From: a virus
Taxonomy: Duplodnaviria; Caudoviricetes
Virus record (IMG/VR): IMGVR_UViG_3300036798_000599
Span: 1-51,943 of that record
Strand: one strand, 5' to 3'
Length of the DNA: 51,943 nt
Shown: piece after piece, positions 28,901 through 38,136 of the stretch
Position numbering within the stretch: position 1 is the first letter of the stretch
Layout: each line of letters starts with the position of its first letter
Position numbers and translations under genes: made by a program
The notes under the pieces: generated by a model
Told to the model about the DNA's origin: nothing
Seen by the model: only the letters and a program-made list of their open reading frames with translations
Databases searched by the model: none

Positions 28901-29534
28901 GAATGAAGAGCGCGGCGGCGAGCCGGGCGACAAGAAGGGCAACCAGGTATGGACCGAGCGCTTTGGCGCCGACAAGGTCACCGGCCCAACGGGTGTCCTA
29001 GAAAATGTACGCGTCAACGACTTGGTCAAGGATTTCATCAACTCGATCCCGCCCTCGTCGACCCGGGCTCAGCAGGCCAACTCGGTGATGCACTCGGTCA
29101 GTACCCTGGCCTTTTCGCTGATGTCGGAAGAAGGTCTCGACCAAGCAACCGCGGTCGACAAGGCGGTCCACGCCTTTACCGACCTCTACAAGTTTATGCC
29201 GCAAGGCGGGGCGCGGGTACCGACGGCGCAATACGACGCGGTCGACCAGTCGGCCCAAGCGGTCATCAGTAGTCTCGACAAGAGCAAGATCATGGTACCC
29301 CGAGGCATCGGCGATTACCCCGGCGCACCGACCGCGGATGACTATGTCGCTGCGATCAAGGCCCACCCGACCTGGATCAACGGACATGACGGGATCGAAC
29401 TGATCGACCCGAGCAACGCGCGCCGGGTGGTGAACCAGGAAGGTTACCCGATCACCATCCCCTTTAACGTCCACGCGATGCCGCCGCCACCATCGGCGCA
29501 GCCACCGACCGCACCCCTGACAGCGCCACAATAA
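25920..29534 (+). CDS. Large internal virion protein with lytic-transglycosylase-like and SGNH-hydrolase-like domains
   Basis: AAIES..G...FQL...YLAHQQG..GA (~26900-27380); VWGDS...G..N...EGVHP..GY (~27450-27850). Confidence 0.75.
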   Translation: MPTVSAANPPYTGVPTVEPTSDPGVRSEQFRINVDPEQFGAGVGRALSGLGQTIGQGAKEFADNAIAKQELFNQVTSDNATNQYLEGENKILYGDPKDPNDHGFMGLSGEGAMRAAPGVYQQLTDLRKSIHDGLQNQRQQLSFDSETRRWQANSFRTIGGHYDQQFKVHTEAVNKATETNAMLKVATSAQDQATVDAATADAINAGYKQLQLANGGVEPSDQQVWAMESTVRANAATQQIAALAGDGTDQGLARAKQVLATARANGVPFTGPHIEHIQASLDAAQARKDRADEKANIAAETARIMGGKPPAGATPPKAVGPAAALSGDRKTVADNIHQVALKENVDPELALTTAAIESDMGQNMGSEAKSQYGGNIFQLGHDEWASMGGGTRGDRATDIDHGVRLLAQRKQQLADSLGREPTNAEVYLAHQQGVAGATALINNPNTPAGQLVPRTNIESNGGNPDAPASAFVNKFQQRYDDLRAKVVGPSGATAPQAQAQPASAPGGTAPKLEVWGDSLGVGLNTQLKTAGTTHGGDSPQTILDNIQKQPKEYWQGKTITLSSGSNGNQMPVVEDTIKYLQGNGANVMVVGYGPKFPEKNAQLSEMAGRLNVPVIAAEGVGATEGVHPGPQGYASMAGKIKAQAAQQQAPVIQEGPAATTPGGAGQKTAATGPAPPVNPIIEEGPAATTTPPAGVTPIPPPQTPAEALRPDFEGFLSKAYEIDNERVRNGVMRNIEIEKNKWIQGHQTDIEKTKTDVINTGNQLARGDDVPPIDEARIRHLFPKEIADDMVAKQSDAQLIGNALNGIKGKSLKEISDDMTAMQEGRGLPGIHDVTLRERGIAAYQTAATHWAQTIIGTKDTPGDPAMAFASTPGLQEQAQSLAAMPQPKTAADMPAYTTAHETYAQALIGRQNAFGLAPEQSHVLSADQAKGYAAALYKDPANARGELNNLQQTWGSAWPQVWRDITQFGKLPTEYQALGVLDENNAMRLAQGLNEERGGEPGDKKGNQVWTERFGADKVTGPTGVLENVRVNDLVKDFINSIPPSSTRAQQANSVMHSVSTLAFSLMSEEGLDQATAVDKAVHAFTDLYKFMPQGGARVPTAQYDAVDQSAQAVISSLDKSKIMVPRGIGDYPGAPTADDYVAAIKAHPTWINGHDGIELIDPSNARRVVNQEGYPITIPFNVHAMPPPPSAQPPTAPLTAPQ

Positions 29535-31477
29535 TGGATTTCCTCTTCGACCCCTTCCAAGAGGAGAATGAAACCGGCGCGGCCCAGGCATACGCCAATC
29601 TGCCGCCGGCGCCGGGCGCGGGACTGGCCGCACTGATCCGCAAGGAGCCGACACAAAACCTGCTGCTGGGCGCAGCCGAGGAGGCATCGCAGGATCCGAG
29701 CGCGGGCCTCTTCCGCAGCTACCTGGCCGGTAACGCGGCAGCCTACGGGGCGCCCCTCACCGCGGACGATCTGCGCGCGCCGCCGACACCGACAATCTCG
29801 CCGGAGGAGACCAAGCAATATTCGGCCGACGGCAAGACCGCGCTGTCCGACAAGCCGATCCCGCAAGGTCTGGCCGAGGTGCTCGGCCGCGAGCAGCGAG
29901 AGCGGATTGAAGCCGACAGCGCGATCCGCCGGTTTGAGGCCAACACCTCCTGGTTGCCGCGCACCCTCACCGGGATGGTCGCCGACGCCACCGATCCCTT
30001 GAAGCTCAGCACGCTCTTCGTGCCCGGCTTGGGCGAGGAGGCGGTCGCCGCCCGGCTAGGGCTCGGTGCGACGTTTCTCGGCCGCACCGCCGCCCGGGGG
30101 ATTTCCGGGGTCACCTTTGGCGCCGCGGCGCAGGCGCCGATCTCGGCCGTCCAGCTGGCGCTCGACCCCGACTACCACATGCGCGATTTTCTCTACGACA
30201 CCGCGGTGCAGGCGCCGTTCAATGCGGCGCTCGCGGTCATCGGCGCCGGCGCGCTGCGGGAGAGCTATCGCTATCTGACCGGGTTGCCACCGCTCAATTA
30301 CGCCTCGGCCGAAGCGCGTCCGGTGCTCAGCGCCGGGCCACAGGCCCAACACGATGCGCTCGGCGGCGCCGTATCGCAGATCGTCGAAGGCAAGCCGATC
30401 GATGTCACTGGGTTCTTTTACCGTCCGCCGGTCGCTGACACCGCGATCGGGCGGTTTATGGAGAACCGCAATGTCGGCGCTTTGCCGGAGCACATTGGCG
30501 GGACGCTCGATGTCGACCGCATCGCGCGGCAGACCGACCCGGCGACCTTCCGGGTCTTTGACACGCTCACCGCGCAAAAGCAGGACCTCACCGAAGTCGT
30601 CAACAAACCCGGTGCCGGCAGTTCATTCGAATACACCGAAGGGCTCCGAGATCAGGTCGCCCGGCTCCGGCAGCGGGCGGAGAACCCGCGGCTCAGCGCC
30701 CGCGAGCGCACCGCGATCGGCGAGCAACTCGGCCAACTCGAGGAATCGCTGTCGGCCATCGAGAACAAGCCCGAGGCGCTCGATGTCGGCGCGGCGAGGC
30801 AGCAGATCCAGCAGATCGAAGCGCAGATGCGTGACCTCGCGCCAAAGGTGACCGCGGCCTATGACGAGGCGCGGGGCCGCGCGGCAATGCTCGGCGCCGG
30901 TCTCGCCGCGCAACAGCAGATCGAGCTCGAAGCGTGGCGCGCCGCCTTTAACCGGCCGATCCTCAGCGACGATTCCAAGCGGCTCCTCGGCTGGCGCCCG
31001 CCCGACGTGGCCGGGGTCGCTGACCGGGCGCGCGGGCTCGCCACCAACGGCTGGGCACCGGGTATCGAGCTCGGCCGGCTCGAGGCAGCCACCAAGGAAG
31101 TCTTTGACCGGCCCGCAGCCGCTGCCGCAGCAGCCAAACCAGAGGCTGTGGAGAAGCCGCCACCGGGGTGGCTGAAGCCCGCCGAGGAGGCAAAGCCGCC
31201 AGCAGAACCAGGCGCGAAACCACCAGAAGCCGCCGCACCGGCTGCACCAGCGGCACCCGGCGAAGCAGCGGCCCCGGTTCTCCCCAAGCTGTCGCCGGAA
31301 GTCGAGACTGCGGTGGCGAATGCAGAACACGCCTTCGCTGCGATCGACCATACCAACCTGCTGCCCGAAGAACTCGAGGCCATTCGCGCGGCGGAGGAGG
31401 ACGTCCGCTGGGCCGACGACGAGGGTGCCAAAGCCGTCATGGAAGCCGCATCGTGCATCACTGAGGCAGGTGGCTGA
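29534..31477 (+). CDS. Internal virion (ejection) protein
   Basis: Long Ala-rich helical ORF coupled within the ejectosome cluster. Confidence 0.7.
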   Translation: MDFLFDPFQEENETGAAQAYANLPPAPGAGLAALIRKEPTQNLLLGAAEEASQDPSAGLFRSYLAGNAAAYGAPLTADDLRAPPTPTISPEETKQYSADGKTALSDKPIPQGLAEVLGREQRERIEADSAIRRFEANTSWLPRTLTGMVADATDPLKLSTLFVPGLGEEAVAARLGLGATFLGRTAARGISGVTFGAAAQAPISAVQLALDPDYHMRDFLYDTAVQAPFNAALAVIGAGALRESYRYLTGLPPLNYASAEARPVLSAGPQAQHDALGGAVSQIVEGKPIDVTGFFYRPPVADTAIGRFMENRNVGALPEHIGGTLDVDRIARQTDPATFRVFDTLTAQKQDLTEVVNKPGAGSSFEYTEGLRDQVARLRQRAENPRLSARERTAIGEQLGQLEESLSAIENKPEALDVGAARQQIQQIEAQMRDLAPKVTAAYDEARGRAAMLGAGLAAQQQIELEAWRAAFNRPILSDDSKRLLGWRPPDVAGVADRARGLATNGWAPGIELGRLEAATKEVFDRPAAAAAAAKPEAVEKPPPGWLKPAEEAKPPAEPGAKPPEAAAPAAPAAPGEAAAPVLPKLSPEVETAVANAEHAFAAIDHTNLLPEELEAIRAAEEDVRWADDEGAKAVMEAASCITEAGG

Positions 31478-34122
31478 TGGCGATTACGATCAACGAAGGC
31501 AACATCGACCGCTGCGTCGCCCGCATCGCCGCGCGCGGCTCGATCGGCAAGGAAGAAGCCAGGGCGCTGCTTGAGAAGGTAGCCGAAGACGCCGACGAGA
31601 TGCGGCGCACCGGGGTCGAATCGCCGGTCGTCAGCGCTGCTTGGGGTCTCACGCAAAAGCTACGGCAAGACGCGGCGAAGAACCGCGCCGCCGCGATGTG
31701 GAATGCGACAATCCGACAGACGCGGATCAGCGAAGCCTTTGACTACGCCCTCGCCCATAACGGCAGCGCCCAATCGGTGCGCTCCCGGATGTACTGGACG
31801 ACCGGCACCGATCCGGTCGGCAACGCCTCTTCGCTCGGCGCGTCGATCGTCGAAGAGTGGACATCGGTACTGTTCAGCGAACTGAAGAAAGAAGGCCTGC
31901 TCAAGACCGCCGCCAGTCCCGAGGCCTTTGGCGAGATTGCCAAGGCGGTCGCCGAGTTGCGCGGCATCCCCGGAGCCGCCGCCAGCGCCGACATCTACCG
32001 CAAGATCGCCAAGGTGATCGTCCCGTTGGACAATGCCGCCCGCGATCGTCTGAACACCGAGATGGGGGGCCCCTACATCGCCAACGCCACCGATCGCATC
32101 GCCCACACCTCGCATGACGGCTATCTGGTGCGCCGCGGTGGACGCAACGCAGCGCCGATCAAGGACTACGAACCGGCCTTCAACGCCTGGCGGCAGAAGG
32201 CCGAGCAAGCCTTTGAACCCTACGACGCGGTCGTCCCGAAGGCAGGTGAAACCCAGGCTGAGGCCGATACCCGATTCTGGAAATCGACCTTTGACGCGAT
32301 CTCGACCGGCATCCACATGCGCACCGGCGAGACGACCCTGACGCCGACCGGTCACCTGCCGGCCGGCAGCGCCGCCCGCTTTGAGATCCCCGGCCGCAAC
32401 CTCGCCCGGTCGTTCGCCGAAAACCGGGTGCTCAAGCCCAGGAGTCCCGAAGCGTGGGCCGCTTACATGCAGGACTACGGCGCCCACAGCAACTGGTACT
32501 CGCTGATGGAGTCGCACCTCAAACGCTCCGGTGAGGGCGCCGGGTTGATGCATTTCTTTGGTCACAATCCCGGGCAGAACCTGTCGCTGATCGAGCGCAG
32601 TACCGCCGAGCGGCTGCGTAAGGAAAATCCGGACCTGGCGGTCAAATTCCAGAACGACCTCAAAGGCAGACCCCTTACGCAGCCGGGTGTCGAGAATGTG
32701 ATGCGGTATCTCGACGGCAGCGCCAACGCGCCGCAGAACGAGATGTTCGCGACGATCAACCGGACGATCCGCGCGTTCTACGACATCGTCTATCTCGGCG
32801 GGGTGCAGCTGACCCACGCCGCCTCGCTGATCTCGACCTTCCCCTCGGAAGCGCGGATGCACGGGATGGGCACCCTCTCCGCGCTTGGCAACATGGCGAA
32901 GGCGATGATCCCGGTGGGGTTGTCAGGAACCGAACGCGCCGAGCGGCTCGCCGAGTTGCGAGCCTATTCCGAGGGTTCATCGCGCTATGCCCACGACCCG
33001 TTCAACCACGGTCGCAATCTCCCCGGCTATGTCGCGGCAACGCATGACCGCTTTATGCAGGTCGGCGGCTTGCCGTACATCTTTGACCATGCGCGTGCGG
33101 GGATGCGCGAGATGCTCGCCAACAACCTCGCCCGGCAGGCTCGCGCCGGCAGAGACTTCGCCGCGCTGAACCCGCGGCTCCAGGCGGTGCTGCGGCGTTA
33201 CGGCATCAACGAGGGCGAATGGGATCTGCTGCGCGCCGCCGGCCCCGATCTCAAATCGCCCAGCGGGCTCGAGTATCTGACGCCCTCGGCGGGCCTCGCG
33301 GCGTCGGCCGACCCGCAGGTCGCCCGCGCGCTCAGCGACAGCCTGGCGATGTACTATCACGACGCCGCCAATCACGCGACGGTGACCGCCGGGGTGCGCG
33401 AGCGCGCCCTGCTCGGCGGCATGCCCGGCACTTGGCAAGGCGAGTTGCAGGCGCATCTGCTGCAGTTCAAGACCTGGCCACTGGCGGCGCTGCACCAGGT
33501 GCTGGGCCGCGAGATCTACAACAACCTGACCTTGGGCAAGAAAGCCTGGGGTGTCGGCGTGGTCGCCGCGCTGTCGATGCTCGGCGGCTATCTGCGTCTC
33601 GCCGGGAGCGACATCGCCTCAGGCCGCGAGCCACGGACCCCGAAGAATATGGGCGATGGGGTCAAGATCGCGATGCACAGCCTGGCGCAGGGTGGTGGAC
33701 TCGGTCTCTTTGGCGATTTTCTCTTTGGCGAGGCCGACCGTCATGGCGGGTCGTTTGGCGAGGCCATCGGGGGTCCGGTGATCGGCGATGTCGCCAAGTT
33801 CACCGGCATCTGGAACCGCTGGCTCAACAGCATCGGCACCGACAAGGCGTTTAATCCCTGGCCGGAAATCGTGCGCTGGGGCGCCGGGCATATTCCCTTT
33901 GCCAACCTGATCTATATCAAGGGCGCGTTTGACTACATGGCGCTGTTCCACGTCCTCAACGCGGTCGACCCAAAATGGTGGAACCGGATGAACCGGGAGA
34001 TGGAGAAGGGCCAGGGTCGCACGATGATGGGGTACACCCCGGGCGCGCCGCCGCCTTATGGAGTGCCGGGCGTCTATCTCGGTGGACCGCGACCGAGCGG
34101 GATCCTGGCACCGGCGCGCTGA
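31477..34122 (+). CDS. Large internal virion (ejection) protein
   Basis: GTWQGEL...LQFKTWP and QGGGLGLFGDFL motifs typical of terminal ejection proteins in this phage group. Confidence 0.78.
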   Translation: MAITINEGNIDRCVARIAARGSIGKEEARALLEKVAEDADEMRRTGVESPVVSAAWGLTQKLRQDAAKNRAAAMWNATIRQTRISEAFDYALAHNGSAQSVRSRMYWTTGTDPVGNASSLGASIVEEWTSVLFSELKKEGLLKTAASPEAFGEIAKAVAELRGIPGAAASADIYRKIAKVIVPLDNAARDRLNTEMGGPYIANATDRIAHTSHDGYLVRRGGRNAAPIKDYEPAFNAWRQKAEQAFEPYDAVVPKAGETQAEADTRFWKSTFDAISTGIHMRTGETTLTPTGHLPAGSAARFEIPGRNLARSFAENRVLKPRSPEAWAAYMQDYGAHSNWYSLMESHLKRSGEGAGLMHFFGHNPGQNLSLIERSTAERLRKENPDLAVKFQNDLKGRPLTQPGVENVMRYLDGSANAPQNEMFATINRTIRAFYDIVYLGGVQLTHAASLISTFPSEARMHGMGTLSALGNMAKAMIPVGLSGTERAERLAELRAYSEGSSRYAHDPFNHGRNLPGYVAATHDRFMQVGGLPYIFDHARAGMREMLANNLARQARAGRDFAALNPRLQAVLRRYGINEGEWDLLRAAGPDLKSPSGLEYLTPSAGLAASADPQVARALSDSLAMYYHDAANHATVTAGVRERALLGGMPGTWQGELQAHLLQFKTWPLAALHQVLGREIYNNLTLGKKAWGVGVVAALSMLGGYLRLAGSDIASGREPRTPKNMGDGVKIAMHSLAQGGGLGLFGDFLFGEADRHGGSFGEAIGGPVIGDVAKFTGIWNRWLNSIGTDKAFNPWPEIVRWGAGHIPFANLIYIKGAFDYMALFHVLNAVDPKWWNRMNREMEKGQGRTMMGYTPGAPPPYGVPGVYLGGPRPSGILAPAR

Positions 34123-34123
34123 T

Positions 34124-34363
34124 TCAGCGCCGAGGCTGATTCCTCATCATCTGTTGGTAGGCTTCTAGGTCGTTATGCAAGCGTCTCGTAAATTCCGGCG
34201 ACGGATAAGTTGGCCGCTCTGAACGCTCAAGTTTGCTTTCCAGGCCATCAATGCGTGACTGCAGATTATCAAGTTCCGCCCGTAACTCTGCCTCATCCGC
34301 CCGCGCCACGCCGGGCAGCAGCAGGGCGGCCAGCCCGGCCGCCGTCAACAAGGTGCTTTTCAT
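34124..34363 (-). CDS. Secreted coiled-coil protein (moron-like)
   Basis: MKSTLLTAAGLAALLLPGVARA signal peptide followed by heptad repeats. Confidence 0.6.
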   Translation of the reverse strand: MKSTLLTAAGLAALLLPGVARADEAELRAELDNLQSRIDGLESKLERSERPTYPSPEFTRRLHNDLEAYQQMMRNQPRR

Positions 34364-34389
34364 CGTTTTTCTCGCTTTAGATACATTGG

Positions 34390-34614
34390 TCATAGCGCAC
34401 CGACCTTGCTGGCGACGCGCACCAGCACCCAGAGCATCCCGAGGGTAATGGCGATATGGGTGCCGACCATCCACGTCAGCACCGCGAGGCGCGTCTCGAC
34501 TGCGGCAAGGCGGTTCTCGTAACTCGCGACCTCCTCGGCGGCCTTGTCCGCCTTAGCGGTCTCAGCACCAGCGCTCAGTAGGGCATCGCGGAGCGCGCCA
34601 AGCTGCAGGGCCAT
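34390..34614 (-). CDS. Coiled-coil protein with C-terminal TM helix (DUF1640-like)
   Basis: ALRDALLSAGA....A..AAEE...RL.VLTWMVG + TM. Confidence 0.65.
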   Translation of the reverse strand: MALQLGALRDALLSAGAETAKADKAAEEVASYENRLAAVETRLAVLTWMVGTHIAITLGMLWVLVRVASKVGAL

Positions 34615-34659
34615 CACCCCTTCACCAGCTTGGTGAACGCAGCGCCGGCGGCAAAGCCC

Positions 34660-34848
34660 CTAGCCATCCTGTTTCTCCTCGGGCCATGGGAAATGCTTGT
34701 TGTTGGCACGCTTGGCGGCAGCCGGGTCGCCGGCACAGATGAGGCATTCCGGTCCCTCGCAGCACGTCGACAGGATCGCGCCCGTCGGCCCGCGCTGGTC
34801 GTGGATGTAGCCGGCGAAGATGCGCGGCTCTCTTTCTCTCCTAGCCAT
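34660..34848 (-). CDS. Small Cys-containing hypothetical protein
   Basis: AGGAG RBS; CC...C..C. Confidence 0.5.
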   Translation of the reverse strand: MARREREPRIFAGYIHDQRGPTGAILSTCCEGPECLICAGDPAAAKRANNKHFPWPEEKQDG

Positions 34849-34955
34849 GTTTTAACTCCTTCTGCACCGCCTGCCGGATGCGATCGTGTTGCACCAGCAT
34901 CAGGTCGATATGTGCGAGCTTCTCGCGCAGGTCCAGATTTGGGATAGAATTGCTG

Positions 34956-35432
34956 TCAGCCATGTGATGCCTCTCCTTTCCAGGTGAGGCCGTAAATCAC
35001 ATCATAAATAGCAGTTTCGCTGACCTCGAATTCTCTGGCCAATGCCGCCTTAGAAGCGCCTCTCATATGAGCTTCGCGAATAAGCTTGCTTTTTTCCAAG
35101 GTAAGTTTTGCGTTTTTGTTTTTACGGCTCTGTGTGGCCGGGGTTGCCCATCGAATGTTTTCAGGTTCGTAATCGCCGTCGTTATCGATGCGGTCAAGGC
35201 TATACCCCGGGCTAGGGCGATCACCAACATCGGAAATAAAATTAGTAAATGAGTTCAGCCACCTCGAACACACTTTGATGCCGCGGCCTCCGTAAAGATG
35301 GTAATAGGGGCATCCGCTGTAATAGCAGCGTTTTTTCATGCTTGCCCAGGTCCAATAAAGCGGATGACGACGGCCAACCCTGGCGTGGCCGTGAAGTTCG
35401 CGGATTTTGCTGGTATGCTGCTCTTCAACCAT
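34956..35432 (-). CDS. HNH-type (homing) endonuclease with C-terminal HTH
   Basis: W.SMKKRC....Y..YGGRGIKVC.RW..SF..F..D.G.RP..SLDRIDNDGDYEPEN.RWAT; AT-richer than flanks. Confidence 0.85.
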   Translation of the reverse strand: MVEEQHTSKIRELHGHARVGRRHPLYWTWASMKKRCYYSGCPYYHLYGGRGIKVCSRWLNSFTNFISDVGDRPSPGYSLDRIDNDGDYEPENIRWATPATQSRKNKNAKLTLEKSKLIREAHMRGASKAALAREFEVSETAIYDVIYGLTWKGEASHG

Positions 35433-35529
35433 TGGCGCGGTCCTTCGCGTCGGCGGCCAGGGGCCGGGGTTGTGGTTTGTCCCCACACCCCGGCTCCGCT
35501 TATATAGCGTGTGATTCCTTAAAAAGCCA

Positions 35530-35763
35530 TCAACCTTCCTGCCGCGCCGCCGTCACGCTGAGCATCATTCGCTTCGCCCGCCACGCGGCCCATTCGTTCG
35601 GCAGGGCCAGGGTCACCGGCTCTCCGTCATGACAGGGGCAGCGGCGCACGACGTACCAGCCAGGCTGAAACCGATCGCTCGACCAAGATTGCCGCCCTGG
35701 GCGCTTCTCGAAGTAGGCGATCTCGAGCCATCGCCCGTCGTTGTGATCCTCGACCGGCTTCAC
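35530..35763 (-). CDS. Hypothetical protein
   Basis: Coupled to the recT stop. Confidence 0.5.
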   Translation of the reverse strand: MKPVEDHNDGRWLEIAYFEKRPGRQSWSSDRFQPGWYVVRRCPCHDGEPVTLALPNEWAAWRAKRMMLSVTAARQEG

Positions 35764-36893
35764 GCGGTTTCCTTCTCCATCTCGGCAATCTCGTCCCAGC
35801 GTTGGGTGATCAGCGCCTCGAGTTCGCGCAAATCGCCGGCGGCGAGATGGCGCTTGGCGGTGGCGAGCTCGGCCTCGTTGTCGCCGCAGAGCAGCGCCAG
35901 ATCGGCCGACGAGGTCATCTGTCGCACCTGCGGCAGGAACAGCCCAAAGGCCCAGGCGCGATAATCGGGCTTACCGCTGGGGAGTTGCGGGACGGCAATG
36001 CCGCGGCTCTCGGATGAGGGTTGGTCGCCCGGGAGGGGTATGTCGCTGGCTTCCATGGGTTCAGGCGGCGGCGTTGGATCCTCGCGCACCGGTTCCATCT
36101 CCATCGGTTCGAGGCGCTCAAAGTCGCCAGGCTCGGGGAGGATCGGCGGTTCGTCGGCACGGCTGAGGAGTTCCTCGAGTTCGGCGGTCTGCGGCGCGGC
36201 CTTGGCGCAGCGGCGCAGCACCGTCTTGCGCGCCGCCTCGCCATAGAACTTTGTCCACATCGGGCCGTCCTTGGCGCGGCTGACGCTGCGTGTGGTCTCG
36301 ATGTCCTTGACGCTCATCACGTCGCGCAGCACCTCGCCGTTCTTCAATTTGATGATCGCGTAGGCACCGACCACCTTGCCGCGGTCCTGGCCGAGCGGCG
36401 GCGGTTCGTGTTCGATCCTGGCGTGGTCACCCAGCACGTATTTGAAATGGTCCTTCTCGTGGACGACCTGGGCATCGGCCGAGGTGACCTCGCCGGTGCG
36501 CCGCATGCGCTCACGGATCCCCGAAACCATCGGCATGTACTGGACGGCGTCGATCCGGAAGCGCTGATCGAGCCCGGTCGCAGGGTCGCGGTGCTTGACC
36601 TCGGTGTTGTAGATGACCAGCGCGCACTCGCGGCCATCGGGCATCAGCCCGTCCGCAGCAGCTTTGGACAGCGCGAGAAAGAGGGTGCGGCGATCGGCGC
36701 GCAGCAGGTCGGGGTTAAGGGCCGTCGCGGTGAGCGCGACCCGCTTGAACTTTTCGAGGGTGACACCGTGGGGCAGCGCCTGCGCCAGGTTGCCGCCGTA
36801 CTCGTTCAGCTGGTTCTGAAAGTCCCGGGTGCGCTCCACCACGCTGCGCTGCGCCGTGGCGGCAAGCGCGGTTTGCTGGCTTCTCGACATCAT
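35760..36893 (-). CDS. recT: RecT/Redbeta-family single-strand annealing protein
   Basis: LP......F.RVALTA...NPDL, AA.DGL.PDG.E..LV, QYMPM..G, W...Y.E.ARKTVLRR..K..P. Confidence 0.92.
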   Translation of the reverse strand: MMSRSQQTALAATAQRSVVERTRDFQNQLNEYGGNLAQALPHGVTLEKFKRVALTATALNPDLLRADRRTLFLALSKAAADGLMPDGRECALVIYNTEVKHRDPATGLDQRFRIDAVQYMPMVSGIRERMRRTGEVTSADAQVVHEKDHFKYVLGDHARIEHEPPPLGQDRGKVVGAYAIIKLKNGEVLRDVMSVKDIETTRSVSRAKDGPMWTKFYGEAARKTVLRRCAKAAPQTAELEELLSRADEPPILPEPGDFERLEPMEMEPVREDPTPPPEPMEASDIPLPGDQPSSESRGIAVPQLPSGKPDYRAWAFGLFLPQVRQMTSSADLALLCGDNEAELATAKRHLAAGDLRELEALITQRWDEIAEMEKETA

Positions 36894-37255
36894 TTCGGCC
36901 CTCTCTGTTCGAGGAAGTCGGCGGCCGTCTCTCGATAAAGAGCAGCGATGGCGGCGCGGACGCGGGCGGGCACCATTTCGCAGCCGCAGCCCTGCTTGTA
37001 GTGACACGGCACGTAACCGCTTACGGTCGGCCAGGCTTCACACGCAGCGACGATGGCATCCGCCTCACTCGGCGAGCCGCGTAGTGTGCGTCCTTCGGCG
37101 ATCGCCTCAGCGACAGTCAGTCGGAAGGCATTCTTGCGCTCTTCGGTGAACTCGTTGAAGGCGGCCAGCTTGCGGAGCGCACGATCGGCCAAGTCCCAAT
37201 CGTGGGTGGGCGCCTCACTCGGCGAGCCGGGAGGCTGGATACGCGGGCCATTCAT
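36890..37255 (-). CDS. Hypothetical protein with internal 19-bp direct repeat
   Basis: Coupled ORF; GSPSEA occurs twice. Confidence 0.55.
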   Translation of the reverse strand: MNGPRIQPPGSPSEAPTHDWDLADRALRKLAAFNEFTEERKNAFRLTVAEAIAEGRTLRGSPSEADAIVAACEAWPTVSGYVPCHYKQGCGCEMVPARVRAAIAALYRETAADFLEQRGPK

Positions 37256-37887
37256 GACCGCACCTGCGTCGTGTGCTCGATGCGGACATCGAGCCCGGGG
37301 ATCCGCCCGGCGCCGCCTTGCTCCACCGCCTTGACCCCGAGGCTGCGCAGGTGGCGATCGACGAGGGTGCTGACCGCCTGCTCGAGCGGGGTGCGCAGAT
37401 CGCCGCGCAGCATCCAGCCGATGAGGAGCCGCAGGTCGAGGATCTTGAAGGTGATGTTGCGCCGCGTGCCGACCGTGCCAAGGTCCGAGCGGATCGGGTC
37501 CATCGCGCCCGCCGCTCGGGGCTCGGCTTCCTTCTGCCGCCGCCAGCCGTCGAGCAGTTTCAGCACGCCGCCGGTACGCGCCGCGGTGACCGGCTGCTTG
37601 ACCGCCCCGAAATTATTCTCGATCAATCTGCACGCCGCGAGATAGGGCGCTTTGATCTCATCCTTGACCGCGTCGATATCGCGCTCGAAGCTCCGCATGA
37701 TGACCACCAGGTCGGTGGCCGCCTGCGCATCGACGTCATTCTCGATCCGCGCGGCTGCAGCACTGCCGATGATCTCGGCCTGGCGCAGCGCCAGCGGCGC
37801 AAGGGCATCGGCGATCTGCTCGCTGAGACTAGGTCTGTTGTGGCCGATCCCCGGCGTCATCTCGTCGAGCAGCTGGTTGGTGCTCAT
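37252..37887 (-). CDS. Coiled-coil phage protein, often found near recT
   Basis: GIGHN.P, KAPYL.A.R.I...F, IPGLDV motifs. Confidence 0.7.
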   Translation of the reverse strand: MSTNQLLDEMTPGIGHNRPSLSEQIADALAPLALRQAEIIGSAAAARIENDVDAQAATDLVVIMRSFERDIDAVKDEIKAPYLAACRLIENNFGAVKQPVTAARTGGVLKLLDGWRRQKEAEPRAAGAMDPIRSDLGTVGTRRNITFKILDLRLLIGWMLRGDLRTPLEQAVSTLVDRHLRSLGVKAVEQGGAGRIPGLDVRIEHTTQVRS

Positions 37888-37899
37888 GGTGAGAAACTC

Positions 37900-38136
37900 C
37901 TACGATCGTCCGGCAATCTTCATGCCCTCAAGCGCTTTCGGGCCGAGCGCAACCTGCATTTCCCAGTTGGCTGCAACCATTTCACCGGCCTCGAGATATG
38001 ATAAGTGTTTGATCTGGCAAGCGATGATGAAAGCGTGCGTCAGATCGCGGATATCAGCCTCGGTCAGATTAGGCTCACCTGACTCTTGCATAAGAGAGTG
38101 GAGGATTTTCCAGGCGCGTCGGCTCACTTTTGCCAT
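37900..38136 (-). CDS. Hypothetical protein
   Basis: GGAGG RBS, ATG 38136. Confidence 0.55.
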   Translation of the reverse strand: MAKVSRRAWKILHSLMQESGEPNLTEADIRDLTHAFIIACQIKHLSYLEAGEMVAANWEMQVALGPKALEGMKIAGRS

